A DNA stretch of 32,842 nucleotides from Chryseobacterium gleum (lineage in GTDB: Bacteria > Bacteroidota > Bacteroidia > Flavobacteriales_C > GCA-002722245): assembly GCA_945903925.1 (NCBI GenBank), contig CAMDPJ010000001.1, forward strand, positions 1-32,842, given 5' to 3'. The position numbers and the translations under genes were made by a program. The notes under the pieces were generated by a model. The model searched no databases. It was not told the origin of the DNA and worked only from the letters and a program-made list of their open reading frames with translations. Each line of letters starts with the position of its first letter. The stretch's first letter is position 1. Below are positions 9,071 to 17,340 of the stretch, piece by piece.

Positions 9071-10480
9071 TTAATGCTGCACCTGCGACATATCCAACGA
9101 TTCATCATGCTGCGAAATATCTAAACCAATTTTTTCCGACTCCTCTGTTACACGCAATGGAATAATCATGTTTGTGAATTTATACAGAACGAAGGCTCCG
9201 CCAAAAGTGAAAACAGAAACGATTAACAAGGCCTGCATCGACAAGAAAAAATCGTGGTAACCGCCGTAAATTAAACCAACTTTTTGTCCGGTTGCAGGAT
9301 CAACATAATTGGCAAACACCGCCGTTAAAATCATACCCATGATACCACCCACACCATGGCAAGCAAATACATCTAAAGTATCGTCCATCTTTTTCATTTT
9401 TTTCCAATTCACCAACACGTTAGAAACGATACTAGAAATAAAACCGATGAACACCGCCTGAGGAATAGTAACAAAACCAGCAGCAGGGGTAATGGCTACT
9501 AAACCAACCACTGCACCAATACAAGCACCCATGGCCGAAACTTTTCTGCCATTGATTCTATCGAAGAAAATCCATGTTAACATGGCCATTGCCGAAGCTG
9601 CATTTGTGGTAGCAAAAGCCAAAGCGGCTGTACCATTGGCAGCCAGCGCAGAACCTGCATTGAAACCAAACCAGCCAAACCACAGCATACCTGTGCCCAA
9701 TAAAACGAAAGGGATATTGATTGGTGCGTGATTTGATTTTGTGCGTTTACCCAAAACCAAAGCTCCGGCCAAAGCAGCAAAACCTGCCGACATGTGCACT
9801 ACCGTTCCACCGGCAAAATCGAGCACTTTAAAATGTGTTTTCAATAATCCTTCTGGATGCCAAATCATGTGGCAAAGCGGCGTATATATAAGCAAACTGA
9901 ACAAGCAAACAAACAATAAGTAAGAAATGAAACGAACTCTTTCGGCAAAAGAACCAGTGATTAATGCCGGAGTGATGATAGCGAATTTCAATTGAAAAAC
10001 GGCGAAAAGAATTAATGGAATAGTTGGCGCAAGAGATTCTAATCGCGGATCTACCGCTTGATTTACATTATCGAACATGAAATAGGTACCTGGATTTCCA
10101 ATAAAACCAAAGCCACCCCAATCTTCACCAAAGGCCAACGAAAAACCAACCGTTACCCACAATATACTTACCACTCCCAAACAAATAACACTTTGCAACA
10201 TAGTAGAAATGGTGTTTTTAGCACCCACCATTCCTCCGTAAAAGAATGATAAACCAGGAGTCATCAACAACACCAAGCAAGAAGAAGTAAGAATCCACGC
10301 CACATCGGCACCAACTATTTTAGGGTCGGTCATTGGAATGACAGCAGTATTTAATCCTCCGCCCATAAACTCCCAAGTAACCGCTAAAACAGCTATTACA
10401 CAAATTAACAAAAACGAGATAATCCATCTTTTCTCAATCATACCATGGGTTTTAAAGAATTTTCGCAAAGAAGTTGCCAA
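9071..10480 (-). CDS. amt: Ammonium transporter (Amt/MEP family)
   Basis: 469 aa and polytopic. Amt hallmarks are present: DFAGGTVVHMSAGFAALAGALVLGKR, WFGWFGFNAGSA, CHGVGGIMGMILTAVFA. The true start may be the internal Met at MIEKRW (residue 14). Confidence 0.93.
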   Translation of the reverse strand: MATSLRKFFKTHGMIEKRWIISFLLICVIAVLAVTWEFMGGGLNTAVIPMTDPKIVGADVAWILTSSCLVLLMTPGLSFFYGGMVGAKNTISTMLQSVICLGVVSILWVTVGFSLAFGEDWGGFGFIGNPGTYFMFDNVNQAVDPRLESLAPTIPLILFAVFQLKFAIITPALITGSFAERVRFISYLLFVCLFSLLIYTPLCHMIWHPEGLLKTHFKVLDFAGGTVVHMSAGFAALAGALVLGKRTKSNHAPINIPFVLLGTGMLWFGWFGFNAGSALAANGTAALAFATTNAASAMAMLTWIFFDRINGRKVSAMGACIGAVVGLVAITPAAGFVTIPQAVFIGFISSIVSNVLVNWKKMKKMDDTLDVFACHGVGGIMGMILTAVFANYVDPATGQKVGLIYGGYHDFFLSMQALLIVSVFTFGGAFVLYKFTNMIIPLRVTEESEKIGLDISQHDESLDMSQVQH

Positions 10481-10562
10481 AGTACAACCTTAATGAAAAC
10501 TTATGAAATAATTTTTCGTTTTTTTAGCAACGATTCCTACTTTTACTTTTTATTGCATTATT

Positions 10563-11096
10563 TTGATTTCACAAAACAAAAAACATTTTTATTGCTTTGT
10601 GCTTGCACCTTTAATTTTGGCGTGCTTTATATACGTATCGTTTAGAAGTGAGCATACATTGATAAACCTATTGATAGAACACTCTTTTTTACACGATGCT
10701 TTTAGCGAATACAGAAATGCAATATCTCCTTTTCACATACTCATTCATCGCTCTCTTTGCTTCTCCCTACCTTCTGCACTTTGGTTGTTTAGCAGCTTGA
10801 ATTTCTTTTTAATGCTTTGGAAATTCAACATCAACCGCAACAATATTTATTGGTTCTCTCTTCCTTTGCTTTATTGTTTTATATTAGAATTTTCTCAGGA
10901 AATTCATTTCACAGATGGCACTTACGATGCAAATGATTTATTTTTTTATGCTTTAGCCACACTTATTTTCTCGCTATTGAACAGAAAAAAGACAGTTGAT
11001 TTTCACAGCACTAAAAACATTGAAAAAAAACATACGCAATCGGCTTTAGCACTTTCTGTTTTCTTGGGCATTGTTATTTTTTCAGATTGTTTTTAA
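10563..11096 (+). CDS. Hypothetical small polytopic membrane protein (possibly VanZ-like)
   Basis: 177-aa ORF with 4-5 hydrophobic segments. The C-terminal portion (HFTDGTYDANDLFFYALATLIFSLL) is faintly VanZ-like. The start is uncertain, and the 3' end overlaps the convergent gene by 23 nt. Confidence 0.4.
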   Translation: MISQNKKHFYCFVLAPLILACFIYVSFRSEHTLINLLIEHSFLHDAFSEYRNAISPFHILIHRSLCFSLPSALWLFSSLNFFLMLWKFNINRNNIYWFSLPLLYCFILEFSQEIHFTDGTYDANDLFFYALATLIFSLLNRKKTVDFHSTKNIEKKHTQSALALSVFLGIVIFSDCF

Positions 11097-11508
11097 CGTG
11101 ATACAAGATCATGGTGCATTTACAAGGATGTGCGCAAATAGAACAAAAATAATTCTCGGCAATACTATCAGCCAGCCAAAAATCATCTACTATCTTAATC
11201 ACCTCTCCTCCATTATTTTTAAGCCATTTTATTAATCCTCTATTTCCTTCATACAGCCATGTTTCCACATAAAAATCGGCCGCAATAATCTCTTTAAACA
11301 TATCAAGCATTTTGGCACCGTGCCCCTTTCCTTTTTCTTTAGCTACAATTAAATTCAAATAATATTTATCATCAATTGATGAATAAATCAATAATACATT
11401 TTCATTTTGAATTGACTTGAAGTTTGATTTAAGATCATCACCATGGAAATATTTGGAAGAATAATTTGCTCCAAAATAATCGTCAATAATTGCTATAAAA
11501 TTTTTCAA
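11074..11508 (-). CDS. Small GNAT-like acetyltransferase-fold protein with a Cys-rich C-terminal tail
   Basis: 144 aa. LIVAKEKGKGHGAKMLDMFKE resembles GNAT motif A (R/Q-x-x-G-x-G/A). The C-terminus carries CSICAHPCKC. It is the last gene of a tightly spaced minus-strand operon, with a 7-nt gap to the upstream gene. Confidence 0.5.
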   Translation of the reverse strand: MKNFIAIIDDYFGANYSSKYFHGDDLKSNFKSIQNENVLLIYSSIDDKYYLNLIVAKEKGKGHGAKMLDMFKEIIAADFYVETWLYEGNRGLIKWLKNNGGEVIKIVDDFWLADSIAENYFCSICAHPCKCTMILYHVKNNLKK

Positions 11509-11515
11509 GGAGGTG

Positions 11516-12928
11516 CTATCTAAATTTCGGACAAAAAGGAGCTTTCTTAGCGCTTGATTTTTTCTCTTTGCATTGCGGCGCTGTATAAAAAGGCAACTTC
11601 AACAACACAAAAACATCGGCGGCATAAACATCACCAAACAAGAAAGTATTCAACCTATCGGTACCTATGGTTAGCCAGCCTAAACGCATCATGAAACCCA
11701 AACGAATATCTTGAAAATTAATGGTGGAGACAGGAATAGACATTTCGAAAAAACGACTTTCGAAACGAGGCATCACCGCCAATTGAAAAGGACGTTGTGG
11801 CCCCAGTAAAAACAAACTAGGCAAACCTATCACGGTATTAGCACCAGCATAAAATCCATAACCCAAATTGTAATCGGCAGCAGCTGTTATAGCTGTGGGT
11901 AAGCCCATAGAAAATGAATTCGTTACCGTAGACTGAACACTTCCTCCCATGGTTGAAAAGAAATTAGTAATATCACTGGCGCTGCTCACATTGTTATGGG
12001 TATAATTATTCCAATCGCTATCAGAACTAGTGTACGTTGTAAGTGTAGCATTTTCAGTAAACTTGATACTTCCTAAATCAACAATAGCTGCCATTAATTT
12101 GTAACGATAAGGCATTCTATTGCATGAAGTTCTTTTGTCGTTCGGACGGTACTGGTTAGACCATTTAAAAAATCGCTTATACGTAATACCTAAGTCGCCA
12201 CTGTAACCTTTACCACTTCCAAAACCAGAGGCTGAGGCCACCTCTCCCTTAAACTTATGAATACGCATGGTGGTTAAATCTTCTGTGGTGTAATCCCAAT
12301 CGTCTACCTTCGCCGCAAACCCATTAATACCCCATAATTTTTTAATGCTAATACCTGCTGTTACTACATGTTCGTCAAATGTGTACACAAAAGTGCCAAA
12401 AGAAGCGCCAGCTTCTAACCACGAAAGCTGATTTGCTTTCATATTATCGGCATCAATTTTCTCTCCAAACAATTCGGTTGCATTTTGAAATCCTGTGTAC
12501 ATTCCTTTAGCCACCTGAGCCGGGAAATTTCTAATATCAATTACGTTTCTGCTTGTCGCATTAATAGCAACACTACTTCTGCCCAAAACCAAAGATGCCG
12601 ATGGTAAAAACACTGTAGCATCAGCATATATATTTTTATCGAAACTATTGTCAAATTGACCTAAATCACTATCGAAGCTAAAGTTAAAAGTAAACCTATC
12701 AGAGGGGGCCAATTGAGAAGCTGGTATGTACAAATAATTGTTATGAAAAAACAGGGATGCACCCACTGCGTTGATGTCTAACCAAGTATAAGAATCTACA
12801 ATAGATGAGGGATTGAAAAGATTGGTGGTAACAGGCATATAATTGCTATTGGCCAAACCCAAGCGATCTTGCGAAAACAAGGAAAAAGTGAAAAGCCAAA
12901 AGCCAAAAAACAATTTCAATACTTTCAT
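11516..12928 (-). CDS. Putative outer-membrane protein, DUF5723-like
   Basis: 470 aa with a signal peptide (FTFSLFSQ). The N-terminal GLANSNYMPVTTNLFNPSSIVDS motif and beta-rich, aromatic-punctuated composition match what I recall of DUF5723 proteins. It begins 1 nt after the stop of the upstream oxidoreductase gene. Confidence 0.55.
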   Translation of the reverse strand: MKVLKLFFGFWLFTFSLFSQDRLGLANSNYMPVTTNLFNPSSIVDSYTWLDINAVGASLFFHNNYLYIPASQLAPSDRFTFNFSFDSDLGQFDNSFDKNIYADATVFLPSASLVLGRSSVAINATSRNVIDIRNFPAQVAKGMYTGFQNATELFGEKIDADNMKANQLSWLEAGASFGTFVYTFDEHVVTAGISIKKLWGINGFAAKVDDWDYTTEDLTTMRIHKFKGEVASASGFGSGKGYSGDLGITYKRFFKWSNQYRPNDKRTSCNRMPYRYKLMAAIVDLGSIKFTENATLTTYTSSDSDWNNYTHNNVSSASDITNFFSTMGGSVQSTVTNSFSMGLPTAITAAADYNLGYGFYAGANTVIGLPSLFLLGPQRPFQLAVMPRFESRFFEMSIPVSTINFQDIRLGFMMRLGWLTIGTDRLNTFLFGDVYAADVFVLLKLPFYTAPQCKEKKSSAKKAPFCPKFR

Positions 12929-12929
12929 T

Positions 12930-15893
12930 CTACTTAATTAATGCATCATACAACACTTCCACCGTATGCAAGGCACTCACACCTGTTCCATCGTGAATTT
13001 GATGACGACATGAGTGTCCGGGAGCTACAATTATCGTTCCTTTCTCGGCTTTTCTCACCGCAGGAAACAACACCAACTCCCCTACTTTCATAGAGATGTT
13101 GTAATGTTCTTTTTCGTAACCGAAAGAACCAGCCATTCCGCAACAGCCCGAATTAATCATGTTCACTTTATAGTTCTTTGGCAGAGTAAGCATTCGCTTA
13201 GTGTGCGTTAAAGATGACAACGCTTTTTGGTGACAGTGGCCATGAACTTTCAAAGTCTTTTCTTCAGTAGTAAACAAATCAGAAGTGATGTTTCCTTTTT
13301 GCACTTCGTTTGAGATGAACTCATCAATAAAGAAAGTATTGCTCGCTATTTCTTTAGCCGCTGGAATTAAATTCTCGTTCACCAAATCTAAATATTCATC
13401 TCTAAAAGTAAGGATCGCCGATGGCTCTAAACCTACCATTGGGGTATCTTTGGTTACTTTACCTTGCAACATCGTAACGTTTTCATTGGCCAAAGTTTTT
13501 GCTTTATCTACAATACCTTTAGATAAGTAGGTTCTTCCGCTAAAAGTATGCTTTGGTATTTCTACATCGTAACCTAAATGCGTTAGCAGCAACACCGCTT
13601 TCTCAGCTTGAGTAACATCGTAGAAGTTCGTAAACTCATCGTTGAACAACAACACTTTTCCTTTTGTTGGTTTTGTTTTTACACCAAAGTTATTTGCTTT
13701 GTTTTTCTTGAACCATTTCTCTACAGTGTATTTGTGCAGCAAAGGCATGGGACGAGCTTGCGCCATTCCCATCAAACCTTTAATGGCATTTGAAAAAACC
13801 GGAGCAGATAGAAAGAAATTGAATAGCCCTGGAACTTTAGCCCCAATAGCATTGGTTTTCATTATATCACCAATCATTCGAGAACGGAAAGGAACGCCAT
13901 GCACCTTATAATATTGGTAAGCCGATTCTGCTTTCATTTTGGCCACATCAACATTCGACGGACATTCAGATTTACAGCCCTTACAGCTCAAGCACAAATC
14001 CATTACTTCTTTCACCTCTGGCGCATCGAACTGATTCACTCTACCTGAGTAAGTGATGGCTTCGCGAAGAATATTTGCTCTTGCACGCGTAGTATCTTTT
14101 TCGTTGCGGGTGGCCATGTAACTCGGGCACATCGTGCCTCCTGATAATTCAGTTTTGCGGCAATCGGCAGAACCATTGCACTGCTCGGTAGCTTTCAACA
14201 AACCTTCAGGGTATCTAAAAATGGTATCTAAAGTTGGGTCTTGCTGTCCCACAGTATATCTCAAGAAAGTATTCATTGGCGGAGTGTCTACAATCTTACC
14301 CGGATTGAAAATATTTTGTGGATCCCATGTTCTTTTCACCGAAGTCACCAAAGCGTAATTCTTCGGTCCGATCATAAACTGAATAAACTCACCACGCAAT
14401 CTACCATCACCATGCTCACCACTTAACGAACCTTTGTATTTCTTCACTAGCGTAGCAATATCTTGCGCTACGGTTCTAAACATTTCGTTGCCTTCTTTTG
14501 TTTTTAAGTTCAAAATCGGACGCAAGTGCAACTCACCCGTTGCAGCATGTGCATAATGCACACAGTACAAACCTCTATCGGCTAATGTTTTGTTAAACTC
14601 GGCAATGTATTCTGGCAAATCATTTACATCAACGGCGGTATCTTCAATAACAGGAACCGCTTTGGCGTCGCCAGGAATGTTAGACAACAAACCTAATCCT
14701 GCTTTACGCAAAGTCAGTGGCTTTTTAGTTTCTTCACCCACCAAAACGGGGAAATAATAGCCATAGCCCGAAGCACGTAAATCGGCTTCCATATCTTTCA
14801 TCACTGCCATCACTTCTTCCATTGAATCGCGATGCACTTCAATCATCATAATGGCTTTTGGTGTGCCTTGCACCCAATCTCCATTTTTACTTTGTTCAAT
14901 ATTTTCGCGAACGCAATCTACCACATAATGGTCGATTAACTCCACCTGAGATGGCTTGTATTTTAAAGCCACCAAGTTACCACGCAACGAAGAATCGATA
15001 GAATCGAAATGCGCACACATCATCGCCGAATGTTTCGACAATGTTGGAGAACAGTTCAATTTAATTTCTGTCATGAAACACAAAGTACCTTCAGAACCCG
15101 CAATCAACTTACAGAAATTGAATTTCTCTCCGCCCGCTTTAAATGGCTCTGCATCTTTCAACAAATCGATGGCATAACCTGTATTTCTTCTTAAAACAGT
15201 AGCCTTCGGATATTCTCTTTCAATCTCTTCACGATTCTCAGGATTGCTTAAAATATCCTTAATGTTTTGATATATTTTTTGTTCTAATGGACTAACTACA
15301 TTCTTGCCAGCGCATTTATCTTCAAACTCTTGTAAAGTCATTTCTTTAAAGGTAGTTTCTTTACCATCACTCAAAATAACTTTCACTTCTAGCAAGTGTT
15401 CACGCGTACTTCCATAAATTACAGAACGAGCACCACACGAGTTATTTCCAACCATTCCACCCATCATGCAACGGTTGCTTGTGCTTGTTTCTGGACCGAA
15501 AAACAATCCGAACTGAGCCAAATGCAAATTCAACTCATCGCGAATAACCGACGGTTGCACACGCACCCAGTGCTCTTCTTTATTAACCTCCAAAATCTTG
15601 GTAAAATGTAAAGACACATCCACCACAATACCGTTACCTACTACTTGTCCGGCCAACGATGTACCCGCCGTACGCGGTATCAACGACGTTTTCTCTTTTG
15701 AAGCGAAGTCGATTAAGGTATGTAAATCTTTTTGAGTTTTAGGAAAAGCAACAGCTGTTGGCATTTCTCTATACGCCGATGCATCGGTAGCATAAAGCGT
15801 TCTCATGGTATGATCGTAGTGCAGAACCCCCTCTAGATTTTGCGCTAAACTTTGTAATTTTTGTGTTTCCATATGCGTGTGCGAATTTAACAA
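12930..15893 (-). CDS. FAD-binding and (Fe-S)-binding multidomain oxidoreductase (YdiJ-like; 2-hydroxyacid/D-lactate dehydrogenase family fused to 4Fe-4S and CCG domains)
   Basis: 987 aa. N-terminal FAD_binding_4-type domain (PRTAGTSLAGQVVG...). GEHGDGRLRGEF motif of FAD-linked oxidases. Ferredoxin-type cluster motifs (CNGSADCRK...CPS and CLSCKGCKSECPSNVD). C-terminal Cys-rich CCG-type repeats (HGHCHQKA...SGCCGMAGSFGYE). Confidence 0.9.
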   Translation of the reverse strand: MLNSHTHMETQKLQSLAQNLEGVLHYDHTMRTLYATDASAYREMPTAVAFPKTQKDLHTLIDFASKEKTSLIPRTAGTSLAGQVVGNGIVVDVSLHFTKILEVNKEEHWVRVQPSVIRDELNLHLAQFGLFFGPETSTSNRCMMGGMVGNNSCGARSVIYGSTREHLLEVKVILSDGKETTFKEMTLQEFEDKCAGKNVVSPLEQKIYQNIKDILSNPENREEIEREYPKATVLRRNTGYAIDLLKDAEPFKAGGEKFNFCKLIAGSEGTLCFMTEIKLNCSPTLSKHSAMMCAHFDSIDSSLRGNLVALKYKPSQVELIDHYVVDCVRENIEQSKNGDWVQGTPKAIMMIEVHRDSMEEVMAVMKDMEADLRASGYGYYFPVLVGEETKKPLTLRKAGLGLLSNIPGDAKAVPVIEDTAVDVNDLPEYIAEFNKTLADRGLYCVHYAHAATGELHLRPILNLKTKEGNEMFRTVAQDIATLVKKYKGSLSGEHGDGRLRGEFIQFMIGPKNYALVTSVKRTWDPQNIFNPGKIVDTPPMNTFLRYTVGQQDPTLDTIFRYPEGLLKATEQCNGSADCRKTELSGGTMCPSYMATRNEKDTTRARANILREAITYSGRVNQFDAPEVKEVMDLCLSCKGCKSECPSNVDVAKMKAESAYQYYKVHGVPFRSRMIGDIMKTNAIGAKVPGLFNFFLSAPVFSNAIKGLMGMAQARPMPLLHKYTVEKWFKKNKANNFGVKTKPTKGKVLLFNDEFTNFYDVTQAEKAVLLLTHLGYDVEIPKHTFSGRTYLSKGIVDKAKTLANENVTMLQGKVTKDTPMVGLEPSAILTFRDEYLDLVNENLIPAAKEIASNTFFIDEFISNEVQKGNITSDLFTTEEKTLKVHGHCHQKALSSLTHTKRMLTLPKNYKVNMINSGCCGMAGSFGYEKEHYNISMKVGELVLFPAVRKAEKGTIIVAPGHSCRHQIHDGTGVSALHTVEVLYDALIK

Positions 15894-15913
15894 ATTTAGG
15901 TTGTTTATTTGTT

Positions 15914-15921
15914 TACTTTTG
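15914..15921 (+). promoter_or_regulatory. Candidate Bacteroidota -7 promoter box (TAnnTTTG)
   Basis: TACTTTTG is an exact match to the TAnnTTTG consensus, 18 nt upstream of the ATG at 15940. This is sequence-only evidence. Confidence 0.3.
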
Positions 15922-15939
15922 TCGCTATAATATCAACAC

Positions 15940-16224
15940 ATGAGTAACAATCTACAAATACTTAAGCTTTGGGCCATCTTAGAAGGCATTAGCTTTTTAC
16001 TTCTTTTTGGCGTAACAATGCCGCTAAAACGCATATACAATATTCCTGAACCCAATTTTTTTGTGGGTATGGCACATGGTGTACTTTTCATCGCTTATTG
16101 CCTTTGGGTTTTGATTGTAGCTCGCGAAGAAAAATGGAATTTTAAAATCATCTTTTTAGCATTAATTGCTTCTCTTTTGCCTTTTGGAACTTTTGTTGCC
16201 GATAGAAAATTATTTAAAAGATAA
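15940..16224 (+). CDS. DUF3817-family small membrane protein
   Basis: 94 aa with three hydrophobic helices. The pattern LEGxSFLLL...PLK...GxAHGxLFxxY...LxxLxASxxPFGTFxxD fits DUF3817 as I recall it. Confidence 0.7.
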   Translation: MSNNLQILKLWAILEGISFLLLFGVTMPLKRIYNIPEPNFFVGMAHGVLFIAYCLWVLIVAREEKWNFKIIFLALIASLLPFGTFVADRKLFKR

Positions 16225-16258
16225 TTTGTACTTTAATTAATCACTTAATTCAACAGCT

Positions 16259-16831
16259 ATGAGAAAGTTACTTATCGCTTCATTTCTAACAGCTTCGGCT
16301 TTATTCATCTCTTTTTCTTTTATTTCAAAAACACCTGAAAAAGAGACCGCAAGCATTAAATGGCTCACTATACAGGAAGCCGAAAAGTTAAATAAACAAA
16401 AACCAAAAAAAATAATGGTGGATTTATACACCAACTGGTGCGGATGGTGCAAACAGCTTGATGCCACTACGTTTCAAGACCCAAAAGTAATTGAGTATGT
16501 TAATCAGAATTTTTACGCAGTAAAATTCAATGCAGAAAGAACAGACACCATTGTATTTAACAAAGATACCTTCGTAAATTTAGGGGTACCATTAAACAGA
16601 AAAACTGCCCATCAATTTGCCACACAATATGGCTCAGAAGACGGACGAATTGGTTACCCAACTATTGCTTACATAGATGGCATGAACAAAAAAATACAAG
16701 GTATTCCTGGTTATTTAAATGCCGAACAATTTTTAGTTTGCTTGCGCTACATCAACGAAAATCATTACAAAACTAAATCGTTTGAAACGTTTTACAGCGA
16801 AGAAATGACCAAAAAACAAAATGGCTTCTAA
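16259..16831 (+). CDS. Secreted thioredoxin-fold protein (thioredoxin_7/DUF255-like)
   Basis: 190 aa with a signal peptide. It has a WCGWCK redox motif in a thioredoxin-like context (KKIMVDLYTNWCGWCKQLDATTF). Confidence 0.8.
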   Translation: MRKLLIASFLTASALFISFSFISKTPEKETASIKWLTIQEAEKLNKQKPKKIMVDLYTNWCGWCKQLDATTFQDPKVIEYVNQNFYAVKFNAERTDTIVFNKDTFVNLGVPLNRKTAHQFATQYGSEDGRIGYPTIAYIDGMNKKIQGIPGYLNAEQFLVCLRYINENHYKTKSFETFYSEEMTKKQNGF

Positions 16832-17201
16832 AGGTTCAAAAGCATACAGCATCGTAAAAATGAAGTGTCCGCGTTGCCAACAAGGCGACTATTTTGCCGG
16901 CGCACATCCTTACTCTCTTAAGGGCTTAAAAATGTTAGACGAATGTGAGCATTGCCACCTAACCTTCGACATGGAACCAGGTTTTTACTTTGGCGCAATG
17001 TACATTAGTTACGCAATGGGTGTAGCTTTTGCCGTTCCATCTGTTGTTGCTTTGTTATTCGTTTTTCCCGATTTACCTATACATTATTACCTCATCTTCG
17101 GTTTAGTGGAACTATCAGCCCTAATGCCAATTACGTACAGATATTCACGTATCATTTGGATTAACTTCTTTATGGCTTTTGATAAGGGTAAATCCCAATA
17201 A
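16821..17201 (+). CDS. DUF983-family membrane protein (zinc-ribbon N-terminus + 2 TM helices)
   Basis: 126 aa. CPRCQQG...CEHC zinc-ribbon pairs are followed by two hydrophobic helices. It overlaps the upstream gene by 11 nt. Confidence 0.7.
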   Translation: MASKGSKAYSIVKMKCPRCQQGDYFAGAHPYSLKGLKMLDECEHCHLTFDMEPGFYFGAMYISYAMGVAFAVPSVVALLFVFPDLPIHYYLIFGLVELSALMPITYRYSRIIWINFFMAFDKGKSQ

Positions 17202-17204
17202 AAA

Positions 17205-17230
17205 AGCACCTGCCGGGAAGTGCAGGTGCT
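17205..17230 (+). terminator. Stem-loop terminator candidate
   Basis: AGCACCTGC (17205-17213) pairs with GCAGGTGCT (17222-17230), giving a 9-bp GC-rich stem and 8-nt loop 4 nt after the stop codon. There is no strong U-tract. Confidence 0.5.
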
Positions 17231-17340
17231 CAAAACTTAACATTTAACCTTAATTTTCTGGACAATAGCGAAAACAAACTTGTTAATTAAATGTTACAGC
17301 AGGCAAAAAATATTTAGCAAATGGTACGTATTTTGGCTCA

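Noticed and set aside
10445-10645. 66-aa plus-strand ORF overlapping the amt start and the 177-aa ORF
   Set aside because: It overlaps the amt 5' end in antisense and is out of frame with the longer membrane-protein ORF. There is no supporting signal.
12946-15611. About ten short ORFs (60-90 aa) on both strands within the 987-aa oxidoreductase gene
   Set aside because: All are nested in or antisense to a full-length, motif-rich CDS. None has an independent signal.
16237-16467. 76-aa minus-strand ORF across the start of the thioredoxin-fold gene
   Set aside because: It is antisense to a CDS with a clear signal peptide and WCGWCK motif, so it is a shadow ORF.
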